In this document: one piece after another, positions 1-8,861 of the stretch
How the letters are laid out: each line of letters opens with the position of its first letter
Numbering within the stretch: the stretch's first letter is position 1
IMG/VR virus record: IMGVR_UViG_3300010362_001270
Span: 1 to 25,795 of that record
From: a virus
Lineage: Duplodnaviria > Caudoviricetes
DNA length: 25,795 nucleotides
Strand: one strand, 5' to 3'
Position numbers and translations under genes: made by a program
Notes under the pieces: generated by a model
What the model was told of the DNA's origin: nothing
The model's input: the letters and a program-made list of their open reading frames with translations, nothing else
Databases searched by the model: none

Positions 1-189
1 ATGAATCTTACGCCAGAACAGGAGCATGAGTTAAGAGCTAAAATAAATAAATTTTTTATGGATTATTCTGTCTGTTATACCAAAAATGTGATTCATCGTT
101 ATGTATTAATAAATTCTCATCCAACAATCGGCCAAAAAAATGAAGTTCCGTATGTTGATGAATTGATGGAAATAATATTAAAGGAATAA
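1..189 (+). CDS. hypothetical protein (62 aa)
   Basis: ORF from base 1, co-directional with and closely followed by the next ORF; no recognisable motif. Confidence 0.55.
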   Translation: MNLTPEQEHELRAKINKFFMDYSVCYTKNVIHRYVLINSHPTIGQKNEVPYVDELMEIILKE

Positions 190-193
190 TTTT

Positions 194-370
194 ATGACCA
201 TACCCAAACTGATTAAATTATGGAGAGAGTTTGAGAAAGAAACGAGGGAACAGCATGCGATGATTTTGACTAAAAGTAAGATTTTAAAAAGGGGTGAGCC
301 TGCACAATTTTTTACTCATGCGTGGTTTGACGAGTTTATTGATTGGCTGGAAGCGAGAGAAAAGAAATAA
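194..370 (+). CDS. hypothetical protein (58 aa, MTIPKLIKLWREFEK...FDEFIDWLEAREKK)
   Basis: Read manually (below the ORF-track cutoff); ATG at 194, 4 nt after the previous stop; TAA at 368-370. Confidence 0.6.
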   Translation: MTIPKLIKLWREFEKETREQHAMILTKSKILKRGEPAQFFTHAWFDEFIDWLEAREKK

Positions 371-452
371 ATTTATATTTTCTATGCCGTCCCTCACGCG
401 TGCTAAGGCAAATGCGGGTCGGCTTAGTGAGTATAAATTTAAGGAGAGTGAA

Positions 453-569
453 ATGAAAGAATGGCTTGCGATTGCTTTGTTTGCCTGGCTGACGGGTTGT
501 GGATTGCTTTACGAAGCGATAAATGACCCTTACCGAAGTCTTGAACCGCTAAGTTCAGTTGTCCGATAA
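453..569 (+). CDS. small putative lipoprotein (38 aa)
   Basis: AAGGAG upstream of ATG 453; MKEWLAIALFAWLTG-C gives a charged N-terminus, hydrophobic core and LTGC lipobox. Confidence 0.6.
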   Translation: MKEWLAIALFAWLTGCGLLYEAINDPYRSLEPLSSVVR

Positions 570-662
570 AATCGGACACCTAATAAGCTCGTCCGTTCCG
601 TATAGGACGAATGTCCGCCGAGGGCGGACTTACATAGGCCAGGGCTGTGCCTGAAACAGCCC
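542..662 (+). other. cluster of five tandem hairpins, three with GTCC...GGAC stems
   Basis: TGAAC/GTTCA 542-557; TGTCCGAT/ATCGGACA 560-578; TCGTCC/GGACGA 589-610; GTCCGCC/GGCGGAC 613-629; GGGCTGT/ACAGCCC 642-662. Confidence 0.6.
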
Positions 663-770
663 ATCAATTAAAAAAATCTGAAGAGGGTATGAACCCAATG
701 GATAAATTAAACGAACTTATAGAAGCCTCCAACCGGAATGAAGCGGCTTTTGAAGGAGTGGGAGTAAGCA

Positions 771-799
771 ATGACACATTTGGTTTATAATGCTATACT
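771..799 (+). promoter_or_regulatory. sigma70-type promoter with extended -10, leaderless, driving the groEL/ES-terminase block
   Basis: ATGACA-17 nt-TATACT with a TG extension; -10 ends 6 nt before ATG 806. Confidence 0.65.
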
Positions 800-805
800 A
801 GGTTT

Positions 806-1027
806 ATGAATATAGTTTTTTTGATAATCGGATTCCTAGCAGGCTGTCTAGCAGGTTTGTTTTTTGCTCGGTGGGCAATTATTACCACATTAAAATCTGA
901 TAAAAAGGATCAATTGGAAGAACTAATAAAATCGCATGTTGAAATAAATACACATACTCAGTTTATTAATCCAGAGAATTTTAAAGAAAAATTTAATAAA
1001 TCAAAAGATATTACTGATCTATTTTAA
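806..1027 (+). CDS. small single-pass membrane protein (73 aa)
   Basis: N-terminal hydrophobic helix IVFLIIGFLAGCLAGLFFA; ends 3 nt before groEL. Confidence 0.75.
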   Translation: MNIVFLIIGFLAGCLAGLFFARWAIITTLKSDKKDQLEELIKSHVEINTHTQFINPENFKEKFNKSKDITDLF

Positions 1028-1030
1028 AAT

Positions 1031-2551
1031 ATGGCTAAAGATATTTTGTTTGGTAAAATCGCAATGGATAAAATGCTTAAGGGTTTTGATACTGCCTATA
1101 CTGCGGTATCAGGAACTTTGGGACCTAAAGGCAAGAATGTTTACTTGGACGATCCGCTCCAGCCAAAAATTACCAATGACGGCTTTACCATTGCCGGGCA
1201 TCTGCGTTTAGCGGATAAGCAGGAGGATGCCGGGGCTTATGTTATTCGTAATATTACCAGCCAGCAGAATGATGATGTCGGCGATGGCACAACCACAGTT
1301 GCGGTATTGGCACAGGCAATTATTCAGGAATGTTTAAAAAGGCCAGAGAGTCCTCTGGAAATTAGGCAGTCTTTGAAATCGGCGGAGGAAAAGGTTTTAG
1401 CAATTTTAAAAAAGAGAAGCATTGTTTTAAAACCGGAAGACGTGGAAAAGGTTGCTTTGATTAGCAGTGAGAATACGCAGATTGCCAAATTGATTGCGGA
1501 AATTATCCAGAAGCTCGGCAATGATGCCACTGTTAATATCGAGGATAGCAAGACTTTTGAGACCAATTACGAGATTGTCGATGGCTATAAAGCGGATGTG
1601 GGGTTCATGTCACCGCATTTCATTACCGATAAAAAAAGTGGCAAGGCGATATATAGCGATGTGCCGATTTTGATCAGTGAGAAGAAAATTGCCAACATCA
1701 GCGACATTGCTCCGATCTTTGAAATGTTTAAAAAGGAAGGGATCAATCAGTGTGTGGTTGTTTGTGATGATATTGATGATGCGATTTTGGGATTGTTGGT
1801 CCAGAATAAATTGATAGGGACTTTTAACAGTTTGGTGATTAGAGCAAGCACTTGGCTATTGCAGGATATTGAAGGAGCAACGGGAGCAAAGGCAGTGGGC
1901 AATAATAGCGGAGTAACTTTTCAGACTTTTAAAAAAGAATATTTAGGCTGGGCAAAGAAAGTTATCAGCACCAATAATCAAACTTTATTTACTACCGATG
2001 GAATAGCCAGCAAGCAGTATGCCAAGATGCTGGAGATGCAGGCGGAGAATGAACCTAATTCCTATGCGGCGGAAAAGATCCGGGATAGGGTAGCAAAGCT
2101 AAAAGGCGGCTTGGCGGTTTTGAAGATTGGTGCGGCAACTGATTTTGAACGGGATTACTTGAGGTTGAAAACCGAAGACAGCGTTAAGGCAGTGGAGGCG
2201 GCGTTAGCGGAAGGTATTGTCTTGGGCAGTGGCATGACTTTCTGGCTGATCTCACAGGAGCTGGAAGGAGCAACAATCGGCTTGGAGATTTTAAAGAAAG
2301 CACTGCAAGCTCCCTTAAAAAAGATTTTGGAAAATGCCGGCAAGGACTATATCGAGATTGCTTCAACTCTTAATGAAAATGTCGGCTATGATGTTAAAGA
2401 TGGAACGTTTTGCGATTTGCTCCTTGAGGGAATTATTGATCCGACTAAAGTTGAAAGGTGCGCTTTAACTAATGCTGTTAGTGCTGCCGGCATATTTATA
2501 ACTACTCATGCAATCTTAACTGAAAGGGAAGATGATAAATCTGGAATTTAA
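1031..2551 (+). CDS. groEL: phage-encoded group I chaperonin GroEL (Cpn60)-like
   Basis: TLGPKGKNV, ITNDGFTIA, DDVGDGTTT (ATP binding), RVAKLKGGLAVLKIGA, EDSVKAVEAALAEGIV, GIIDPTKVER; lacks the GGM tail. Confidence 0.96.
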   Translation: MAKDILFGKIAMDKMLKGFDTAYTAVSGTLGPKGKNVYLDDPLQPKITNDGFTIAGHLRLADKQEDAGAYVIRNITSQQNDDVGDGTTTVAVLAQAIIQECLKRPESPLEIRQSLKSAEEKVLAILKKRSIVLKPEDVEKVALISSENTQIAKLIAEIIQKLGNDATVNIEDSKTFETNYEIVDGYKADVGFMSPHFITDKKSGKAIYSDVPILISEKKIANISDIAPIFEMFKKEGINQCVVVCDDIDDAILGLLVQNKLIGTFNSLVIRASTWLLQDIEGATGAKAVGNNSGVTFQTFKKEYLGWAKKVISTNNQTLFTTDGIASKQYAKMLEMQAENEPNSYAAEKIRDRVAKLKGGLAVLKIGAATDFERDYLRLKTEDSVKAVEAALAEGIVLGSGMTFWLISQELEGATIGLEILKKALQAPLKKILENAGKDYIEIASTLNENVGYDVKDGTFCDLLLEGIIDPTKVERCALTNAVSAAGIFITTHAILTEREDDKSGI

Positions 2552-2723
2552 CATCAATAAAGATGATAAGGTTTTTACTGATAAGAAGACTCAGGTTAAG
2601 ACCATAGCTTATCCTTTTACTTTTCCGAGCGGCGATCAGGGAATTGTCAGCATTACAAAGCTGGTAAAAACTGATTGGCAGCCGGCAGAGGATCTGGAAA
2701 ATATTAAACTTGTTTTAAAATGA
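2532..2723 (+). CDS. hypothetical protein (63 aa) between groEL and groES
   Basis: Overlaps the groEL end; ATGA-coupled to groES. Confidence 0.65.
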   Translation: MINLEFNINKDDKVFTDKKTQVKTIAYPFTFPSGDQGIVSITKLVKTDWQPAEDLENIKLVLK

Positions 2724-2986
2724 CTATCCGACCTTTGGGCAATAACATACAGTTAAAAATTGAAGAAGTGCAGGCAGGAGTATTGGATACTTCCAGCAGG
2801 GATACTGTGGTGGAGTATGCTCAGGTGGTGGCGATTGGGGACAGTGTTCCTGCGTTTAATGTTTTAAAAACAGGCGATTATGTTTTTGTGAAAGCTTGGG
2901 CGATTGATTCGATTAATTATCAGGATCAGAAATATTACTTTTGCAATCTTGATACTGGAGGCGTTCTTGCCGTGGTGCGACAATAA
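2720..2986 (+). CDS. groES: co-chaperonin GroES (Cpn10)-like
   Basis: MTIRPLGNNIQLK, AQVVAIG, LKTGDYVF, terminal VLAVV; 88 aa; adjacent to groEL. Confidence 0.88.
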   Translation: MTIRPLGNNIQLKIEEVQAGVLDTSSRDTVVEYAQVVAIGDSVPAFNVLKTGDYVFVKAWAIDSINYQDQKYYFCNLDTGGVLAVVRQ

Positions 2987-3194
2987 GCGATCTTGCCATA
3001 GCTTGGTTAATATCATCGACACCGATGCTTTAAGAGTGATTTGTATTCAATGCAAACAGCAGTTTGTGCTAAGGAAGGATTTAAATAAAAAGGTGCCGGA
3101 AAAAAGATTGTACGCAAAGATTTTTAAAAAAGATATCTTACAGCCTAAAGACCCTTTGTTTTATAAATACTATCCCCAATATTTACAGCTATGA
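2967..3194 (+). CDS. small Cys-rich hypothetical protein (probable TTG start at 2967; ORF track starts at 2904)
   Basis: GGAGG 5 nt before TTG 2967; C-x5-CH and CxxC motifs; ATGA overlap with the next gene. Confidence 0.6.
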   Translation: MPWCDNKRSCHSLVNIIDTDALRVICIQCKQQFVLRKDLNKKVPEKRLYAKIFKKDILQPKDPLFYKYYPQYLQL

Positions 3195-3631
3195 ACATTG
3201 TGCAGGTGAAAATGGAAGACCTTAAAATGGCTGAGTATAATCCTAGACAGCTCACCAAAGCTCAAAAATTGGCTATTGTGGAGAGTATTAGGCGGTTTGG
3301 GCTGGTAGAGCCGATTGTGGTCAATTCAGCCAAAGGAAGGCAGAATATCATCATTGGCGGGCATCAGCGGTTTCGGGTTTGTCAGGAAATGGGCTTTAAG
3401 GATATGCCGGTGGTTTATGTGAAGATTCCGGATCTGAAAAAAGAGCAGGAGCTTAATATCAGGCTGAACAAGAATTTAGGCGAATGGGATTATGATTTAT
3501 TGGCTAATTTTGATGAAGAATTATTAAATATTGCTGGTTTTGAAAATAAGGAATTAAAACAAATTTTTAACTTAGAATTGTCAGAAGAGAAAAAATATTG
3601 TCCCAATTGTGGTGTAGAAATTATTAATTGA
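3191..3631 (+). CDS. ParB/Srx-like N-terminal domain protein with C-terminal CxxC
   Basis: LKMAEYNPR, SIRRFGLVEPIVVN, IIIGGHQR, LNKNLGEWD, CPNCG; such genes are common upstream of phage terS. Confidence 0.85.
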   Translation: MNIVQVKMEDLKMAEYNPRQLTKAQKLAIVESIRRFGLVEPIVVNSAKGRQNIIIGGHQRFRVCQEMGFKDMPVVYVKIPDLKKEQELNIRLNKNLGEWDYDLLANFDEELLNIAGFENKELKQIFNLELSEEKKYCPNCGVEIIN

Positions 3632-3666
3632 TTTATCTATTCAGCTTAAACTGAGATTAAACTGAA

Positions 3667-4011
3667 ATGCCAACAAAATTATTTAAACCGGGTGCAGAAT
3701 GGACAGGAAATGCTAATGGGCGACCTAAGGGTAGCTTATCTTTAACTACGCTTTTAAGGCAGGAATTAGAAAAAGTTTCTGCAGAAGATAAGCAAGGACG
3801 AACTTACGCCACTTTGTTAATTAAAAAATTATTAGTTAGTAAAGCATTAAATGAAGGTGATACTTCTGCTATTAGAGAAATTTTAGACAGGATTGATGGT
3901 AAAGTTAAAGAACATCATCAAGTTGAATTAGAAGAAAAAGTAAAAGCTGATATTGATATGGAAGAATTGGCAATAGAAATGGTCAAGAAATTAAAAAAAA
4001 GCGATGAGTAA
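3667..4011 (+). CDS. terS: terminase small subunit (putative)
   Basis: FKPG...GNANGRPKGS N-terminal motif, AIREILDRIDGK; directly overlaps the terL start. Confidence 0.75.
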   Translation: MPTKLFKPGAEWTGNANGRPKGSLSLTTLLRQELEKVSAEDKQGRTYATLLIKKLLVSKALNEGDTSAIREILDRIDGKVKEHHQVELEEKVKADIDMEELAIEMVKKLKKSDE

Positions 4012-5573
4012 TGGAATTATGGAAGGAAGCCGCTAAACACCAAATCTATGTTTTTCTTAAAGGCTATCAGATTACTAACGATCAGGGTCAGCCTTTAGAT
4101 TTTCGTGACCATCAGTACCTTGTTGATATCTATGAAGACTTTGCGCCGAAGCAAAGTATTTTAAAGTGCGCTCAGGTTGGCTTTTCCACGATGGCTAATA
4201 TTAAGGCTATGTGGCTGGCGAAGTACAAGGGCATGGATATCATTTATTCTTTGCCTTCGGCTTCGGATATTAAAGATTTCGTCAGCGGCAAGACTAATCG
4301 GCTCATTGCCCACAATGCCGTGTTCCAAACTTGGACAGCGGATAAGGACAGCATTGAGCAGAAAAGGGTCGGCGATAATGTTATTTATTTTAAAGGCACG
4401 TGGACTGAGCGGGCGGCTATTGCCACGCCTGCTGATTTGTATATTTCGGATGAGACCGATAGAAGCAAAGAGGAAATTGTCATGCAGTTTCAAAGCCGCT
4501 TACAGCACTCAAAGTATGGCTGGGCTTGGTACTTTTCCAATCCTTCGGCTCCGGGTCATGGTGTAGATAAATTTTGGCAAGTGTCGGATCAGAAGCATTG
4601 GTTTATCAAATGCCAGTCTTGTAATGAATGGCAGTTTTTAACCATGCAGAATATTATGTATCGGGATAATGTGCCTTACTATGGCTGTATGAAATGCAAG
4701 AAGGAAATTGAAAGGCAGAGAGGGAAATGGGTTAGGAAATATCAGGATAGGGATATTAGCGGCTATTGGATTTCTTTGTTAATTGCTCCGACTAAATCCG
4801 CTCAGTATGTTTTGGATAAAAAAAAGGAAATGACTGAAGAGCAGTTTACTAATTTTGTGCTGGGTCAGCCTTATGTCGGCAAGGGTAATGTTTTAACAAG
4901 GCAGATGTTTTTGCAGAATTTAACCGAGAGGGTTAATCCGCAGGATGCCCGGCCTATCATTGGCGTGGATACCGGCATTGGCATTAATCTGGTTATGGGC
5001 AATAAGTATGGCACCTTCTATTACAACAAGACTGAGGATTATACTGAGGTTAGAAATTTGATGAAGCGTTGGAGCAAGGCTATCTGTGTCATTGATCAGG
5101 GCGGGGATATTATCGGTCCCAGAAAACTGCGGGAGGAATTTCCGAACCGAGTATTCCTTTGCTTCTTTGGCCGGGACCGCAAAAATGATGAATTGATTCG
5201 CTGGAATGATGAGGACGGCACTGTTGTGGCTGACCGCAATAAAATGCTTCAGCTGGTTGTGGATGAGTTTGCTGAAAAAAGAATGCCTGTTTATGGGACG
5301 GAAAAAGATTGGTACGATTACATGATTGAATGGCTGGGTATGTACCGAACTGTTGAGTTAAGCGATGTCGGACCGCCTGTATTTGAATGGCATAAGCCTT
5401 CAACGGGTCGTTGTGATTATCCTTTTGCTCAAGTCTATTTGCGGATTGGCTTGGACAGGTTTATGGAAACAGCCAGCAGTTTTCATTCGCCGACTGACAA
5501 TAGTTTTGCTCAAGAAGGAATTGATGTTTTGCCTAACAACACCGCTTTCGTTCCTAAGGTTTTATCCCCATAG
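4011..5573 (+). CDS. terL: terminase large subunit, lambda GpA-like
   Basis: Walker A-like KCAQVGFS, Walker B LYISDE, coupling motif SNP, CxxC...CxxC zinc insert, RNase H-like nuclease IIGVDTG and VIDQG. Confidence 0.93.
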   Translation: MELWKEAAKHQIYVFLKGYQITNDQGQPLDFRDHQYLVDIYEDFAPKQSILKCAQVGFSTMANIKAMWLAKYKGMDIIYSLPSASDIKDFVSGKTNRLIAHNAVFQTWTADKDSIEQKRVGDNVIYFKGTWTERAAIATPADLYISDETDRSKEEIVMQFQSRLQHSKYGWAWYFSNPSAPGHGVDKFWQVSDQKHWFIKCQSCNEWQFLTMQNIMYRDNVPYYGCMKCKKEIERQRGKWVRKYQDRDISGYWISLLIAPTKSAQYVLDKKKEMTEEQFTNFVLGQPYVGKGNVLTRQMFLQNLTERVNPQDARPIIGVDTGIGINLVMGNKYGTFYYNKTEDYTEVRNLMKRWSKAICVIDQGGDIIGPRKLREEFPNRVFLCFFGRDRKNDELIRWNDEDGTVVADRNKMLQLVVDEFAEKRMPVYGTEKDWYDYMIEWLGMYRTVELSDVGPPVFEWHKPSTGRCDYPFAQVYLRIGLDRFMETASSFHSPTDNSFAQEGIDVLPNNTAFVPKVLSP

Positions 5574-5599
5574 CAGAGTTGTTAATTTATTTTTAAACT
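5563..5599 (+). promoter_or_regulatory. TATCCCCA-box promoter 1 (portal), leaderless
   Basis: TATCCCCA-TAGCAG-17 nt-TAAACT-7 nt-ATG 5607. Confidence 0.7.
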
Positions 5600-5606
5600 T
5601 GCAAAT

Positions 5607-7541
5607 ATGGCTTTAAATTATGACCCCCAAGCCCAGCAAGGAATTATGGGTGCAATCAGGAATGCACTCGGTCTTTTTAATGATACTAACAAGGCGGAAG
5701 GAACAAATGAAAATAGCAACACTCAGCCTATTGATCCCTATGAATCTACTTTGGATGAAAAAGAAATAATGGAGCTGATTGCCCAATGGAAAAGGGATTA
5801 CAAGGTTTATTATGCAGGCATTGAGAAAGGGCAAACGTTAAGTTTTGATTACTGGGTTGGCAAGCATAGACAGCAGGAGGCTAACAGCGGCAATCCAGCC
5901 ACAGAGGTTACGGACAATTTAATTTTTGAAGCAGTGGAGACGTTTTTGCCTATGGCTACCAGAGCTAACCCCGAGCCTTTAGTAACTGCTGATCCGGGAG
6001 AGGTGGGGCAGAATCTGGCTAATGATATCAAAGTCGCTTTAGCGCATGAAGCCGATGTCCAGCATTTAAGAAGAAAATTGGCAAAGGGAGCCAGAGGCTG
6101 GATGCTTAATCGCATCGGCGTTTGGAAGGTCAGCTGGGATCCGATTACCAAAAAGATAAAAACCGAGGTTATCAATGCCAAACGAATGATATTCGATAGG
6201 CAGGGGTATATCGATGAACGAGGCTGGTTTATCGGCACTTACTTGGGAGAAAAGCGGAAGATTGATGCCGCTACTTTAATGGAAATGTTTCCGAAAAAGA
6301 AACAGGAAATTTTAGAAAAGGCAGGCAAGAAAAAAGGCACAGAGCTTGAGTATTATGAATGGTGGTATAAAGGGCGGGATGTTATTTTCACATTGGATGA
6401 GATGCTTTTGGGCAAGTACAAAAATCCGAATTGGAATTATGATGGGCAGGAAGAGCAGATGAATATGATGACTCAGAAAATGGAGCAAGTTACTGTTACC
6501 GCAATCAATCATTTAGACGAACCTGCTTATCCTTATTTGTTTTTGTCGATTTTCAATACCGGGGAACAGCCTCACGATAACACCAGCCTTATACTCCAAA
6601 ATATTCCGCAACAAGATAAAATCAACCGCAGGGAAGTGCAGATTGAACGGAATGTCGAGGGTATGAATAATGGCATGGTTGTCAGCGGCTCTATGTTTAC
6701 TGAGGATCAAGCCAGCCAAGCCGCATCAGCTTTAAGAAAAGGCATGGCTATTAGGGTGCCTACGGGCGATGTTAATAAAGCGGTACTGTTTCCTCAACGT
6801 CCTGCTTTGCCGGCAGATGTTTTTAACAGTTTACGGGATGCCCGGTCAGAGCTAAAGAATATTTTTGGCACTAGCGGATCAACGGCAGAAGGCATTAAAG
6901 AGCAGGAAACTGTCCGGGGTAAGATAATGGTTAATCAGGCTGACAGCTCTCGTATTGGCGGAGGCATCACCGAATATATCGAACAGGTTGCTGACAGCAT
7001 TTATAACTTCTGGGTGCAGTTCATGTTTGTTTATTACGATGAAGAGCATTTTATAGCGGCGGCTGGCGAACAGAGCGGTATGGAGCTGGTAACTTTAAAA
7101 AATGATAAGTTTTCGCTTATTAAAACCCTAAAGATTACTGTTAAAGAAGGCAGTCTGGTACCGAAGGATCCGCTTACACAAAGGAATGAGGCTATTGATT
7201 TATGGTCTGCAAATGCTATTGATCCAAAGAGCCTGTACAAGAAGCTGGATTTTCCGGATCCTGATCAGGCGGCTAATCAGCTGATACTTTGGCAGTTGTT
7301 GCAAAAGGGCGTTATCCAGCCTCAGCAGTATTTGCCGTCTTTTGCTTTTGCCGGACAAACTCCGGGACAGCCACAAATGCCGGGAATGCCGGGTGCGCCT
7401 TTGCCGGGAGAACAGCCGGGCACTGGTTCTGATATTGTCAGCAACATCGGAGCTTCACAGCCGGGAGGCATTAAGCCACAGGAGCCTGTTGCTACTCAAA
7501 GTCAGGAATTATTAAGGTCAGTGCCGATACAACAAAAATGA
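5607..7541 (+). CDS. portal protein (P22/podovirus-like)
   Basis: 644 aa directly after terL; NLIFEAVET, IGVWKVSWD, QDKINR, ELKNIFG segments; Pro/Gln-rich tail. Confidence 0.85.
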   Translation: MALNYDPQAQQGIMGAIRNALGLFNDTNKAEGTNENSNTQPIDPYESTLDEKEIMELIAQWKRDYKVYYAGIEKGQTLSFDYWVGKHRQQEANSGNPATEVTDNLIFEAVETFLPMATRANPEPLVTADPGEVGQNLANDIKVALAHEADVQHLRRKLAKGARGWMLNRIGVWKVSWDPITKKIKTEVINAKRMIFDRQGYIDERGWFIGTYLGEKRKIDAATLMEMFPKKKQEILEKAGKKKGTELEYYEWWYKGRDVIFTLDEMLLGKYKNPNWNYDGQEEQMNMMTQKMEQVTVTAINHLDEPAYPYLFLSIFNTGEQPHDNTSLILQNIPQQDKINRREVQIERNVEGMNNGMVVSGSMFTEDQASQAASALRKGMAIRVPTGDVNKAVLFPQRPALPADVFNSLRDARSELKNIFGTSGSTAEGIKEQETVRGKIMVNQADSSRIGGGITEYIEQVADSIYNFWVQFMFVYYDEEHFIAAAGEQSGMELVTLKNDKFSLIKTLKITVKEGSLVPKDPLTQRNEAIDLWSANAIDPKSLYKKLDFPDPDQAANQLILWQLLQKGVIQPQQYLPSFAFAGQTPGQPQMPGMPGAPLPGEQPGTGSDIVSNIGASQPGGIKPQEPVATQSQELLRSVPIQQK

Positions 7542-7795
7542 GAAGGCAAAGCCAAAAAGTAGGCTATCAGCGTAAAGGCTATAGCTGGAGCAAGGCGATT
7601 AATTTTAAACGGCGTACTGGTCATTTTATGACCTTAACGGGTGGCAGTGGTCATCGGGCAGGAGAGGATTGGGGCGATAAAAAGAATATTGATCCGGAGA
7701 GTCCGCAGAGGCGTTATAGCAAAAATAGTCCTTCATTTGATGAAGGGGTTTGGTTGAGTAAGCAAAAAAGGAAGATGGCAGAAAAAATGGAGTAA
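7538..7795 (+). CDS. small basic protein 1 (KRKMAEKM motif)
   Basis: ATGA-coupled to portal; Lys/Arg-rich. Confidence 0.7.
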   Translation: MRRQSQKVGYQRKGYSWSKAINFKRRTGHFMTLTGGSGHRAGEDWGDKKNIDPESPQRRYSKNSPSFDEGVWLSKQKRKMAEKME

Positions 7796-7796
7796 A

Positions 7797-7833
7797 TATC
7801 CCCATAGCAAACCTTTTAAAAAAGTTTTAATGT
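7797..7833 (+). promoter_or_regulatory. TATCCCCA-box promoter 2, leaderless
   Basis: TATCCCCA-TAGCAA-17 nt-TAATGT-6 nt-ATG 7840. Confidence 0.7.
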
Positions 7834-7839
7834 TTTTTT

Positions 7840-8037
7840 ATGAATAAAAAAGATGTTGCAAAAAAGATGCAGATGCCATATTTGGGAGATCCTTTACCTA
7901 GAAAAGGAGAAGCTAAAAGTAAAAGTGTAAAACGATTTGATCGGTATATGCATAGTCATTTTGATTCAGGTTTGAATGTTAAAGCTTTTGGGAAGAGTAT
8001 GAAAAGGAATCGTAAAAAGAATAAATTACCATTTTAA
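7840..8037 (+). CDS. small basic protein 2 (KKDVAKKM)
   Basis: ORF directly after a promoter; Lys-rich. Confidence 0.7.
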   Translation: MNKKDVAKKMQMPYLGDPLPRKGEAKSKSVKRFDRYMHSHFDSGLNVKAFGKSMKRNRKKNKLPF

Positions 8038-8041
8038 ATAT

Positions 8042-8257
8042 ATGGGATTCGGATCTAGCGCAGAAGCTAATTTTAAAAAGATAGTAGCAGAAAAGAAAGC
8101 TGCGATGGCTTCTAAGATGTCTAAGGCTACTGCTAAATCTATTGAACGGCATAAAAATAAAGAGAGTAAAACAGAGAAGTTTAAGAAAAAGGAAGCTTGG
8201 AAGAATGCTAAGAATGATCCTTGGATTCAAAAACATTTAGCAGCTTGGAAAAGATAA
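8042..8257 (+). CDS. small basic protein 3 (KAAMASKM)
   Basis: Tightly packed ORF; Lys-rich. Confidence 0.7.
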   Translation: MGFGSSAEANFKKIVAEKKAAMASKMSKATAKSIERHKNKESKTEKFKKKEAWKNAKNDPWIQKHLAAWKR

Positions 8258-8258
8258 A

Positions 8259-8564
8259 ATGCCCAAATTTCTTGAGGAAAAACTTAAAAAAGAGTATCCG
8301 GGTAATCCTGGTGCTGTTTATGGAACATTAAATAAATTAGGATATATGAAAGGTTCAAAAGAAACTAAAAAAGGGAAGATGGCAGAGAAAAAGCATGAGA
8401 TGGCTAAAAGAATGAAAGGTCATGTTTATGAAAGAACTATCCGTGGAGGATGGGAAAAAGTTAGAGAAAATATGTCATCTAAAGAATTCGAAAAAAGTGA
8501 TTATGCTAAAAGAAAACATAAGATTGGACAGTTTAAAGGACAAAGTATGTATCGATTAAGATAA
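8259..8564 (+). CDS. small basic protein 4 (KHEMAKRM)
   Basis: Tightly packed ORF; Lys-rich. Confidence 0.75.
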   Translation: MPKFLEEKLKKEYPGNPGAVYGTLNKLGYMKGSKETKKGKMAEKKHEMAKRMKGHVYERTIRGGWEKVRENMSSKEFEKSDYAKRKHKIGQFKGQSMYRLR

Positions 8565-8579
8565 ATAAAATATTTAATT

Positions 8580-8861
8580 ATGGCAAATTATAAAACAGGT
8601 GCACAAAGATATAATGATAGGATGGATAGGATATTTTCAAATGCTAAAAATTTAGAAAAAAAAAGATTATCAGAAGGGAAAAAACCAAATCCAAGTTTAA
8701 CTTCTCCTGAAGAAGCATTAAAACATGGCTGGATTATCAAAGGAAGAGATGTTAAAAAAAGAGAAATAGCTAAGAAAATGCATCATAAAGGAACTAAGTA
8801 TTTACCATTACATCCAATTCATGAAGAAGAAGTAAGGCGTGGTATCAGAAAGGAAGAATAA
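8580..8861 (+). CDS. small basic protein 5 (KREIAKKM)
   Basis: Tightly packed ORF; Lys-rich. Confidence 0.72.
   Translation: MANYKTGAQRYNDRMDRIFSNAKNLEKKRLSEGKKPNPSLTSPEEALKHGWIIKGRDVKKREIAKKMHHKGTKYLPLHPIHEEEVRRGIRKEE

Noticed and set aside
294-452. GTG-started 91-aa ORF
   Set aside because: Overlaps the better ORF 194..370; the RBS and lipoprotein signal favour ATG 453
542-662. CRISPR mini-array or tRNA
   Set aside because: Stems differ in sequence, with no constant repeat-spacer period and no cloverleaf with a T-loop
689-790. 33-aa ORF MNPMDKLNELIEAS...
   Set aside because: Very short, no motif, and overlaps the predicted promoter; cannot be supported, though not excluded
3191-3631. 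DNA methyltransferase or plasmid partition system
   Set aside because: Only the ParB-like N-terminal domain is present; no methyltransferase motifs and no ParA partner
4011-5573. Intein or intron in TerL
   Set aside because: Length is ordinary; no C/S...HN splice motifs or frame break seen
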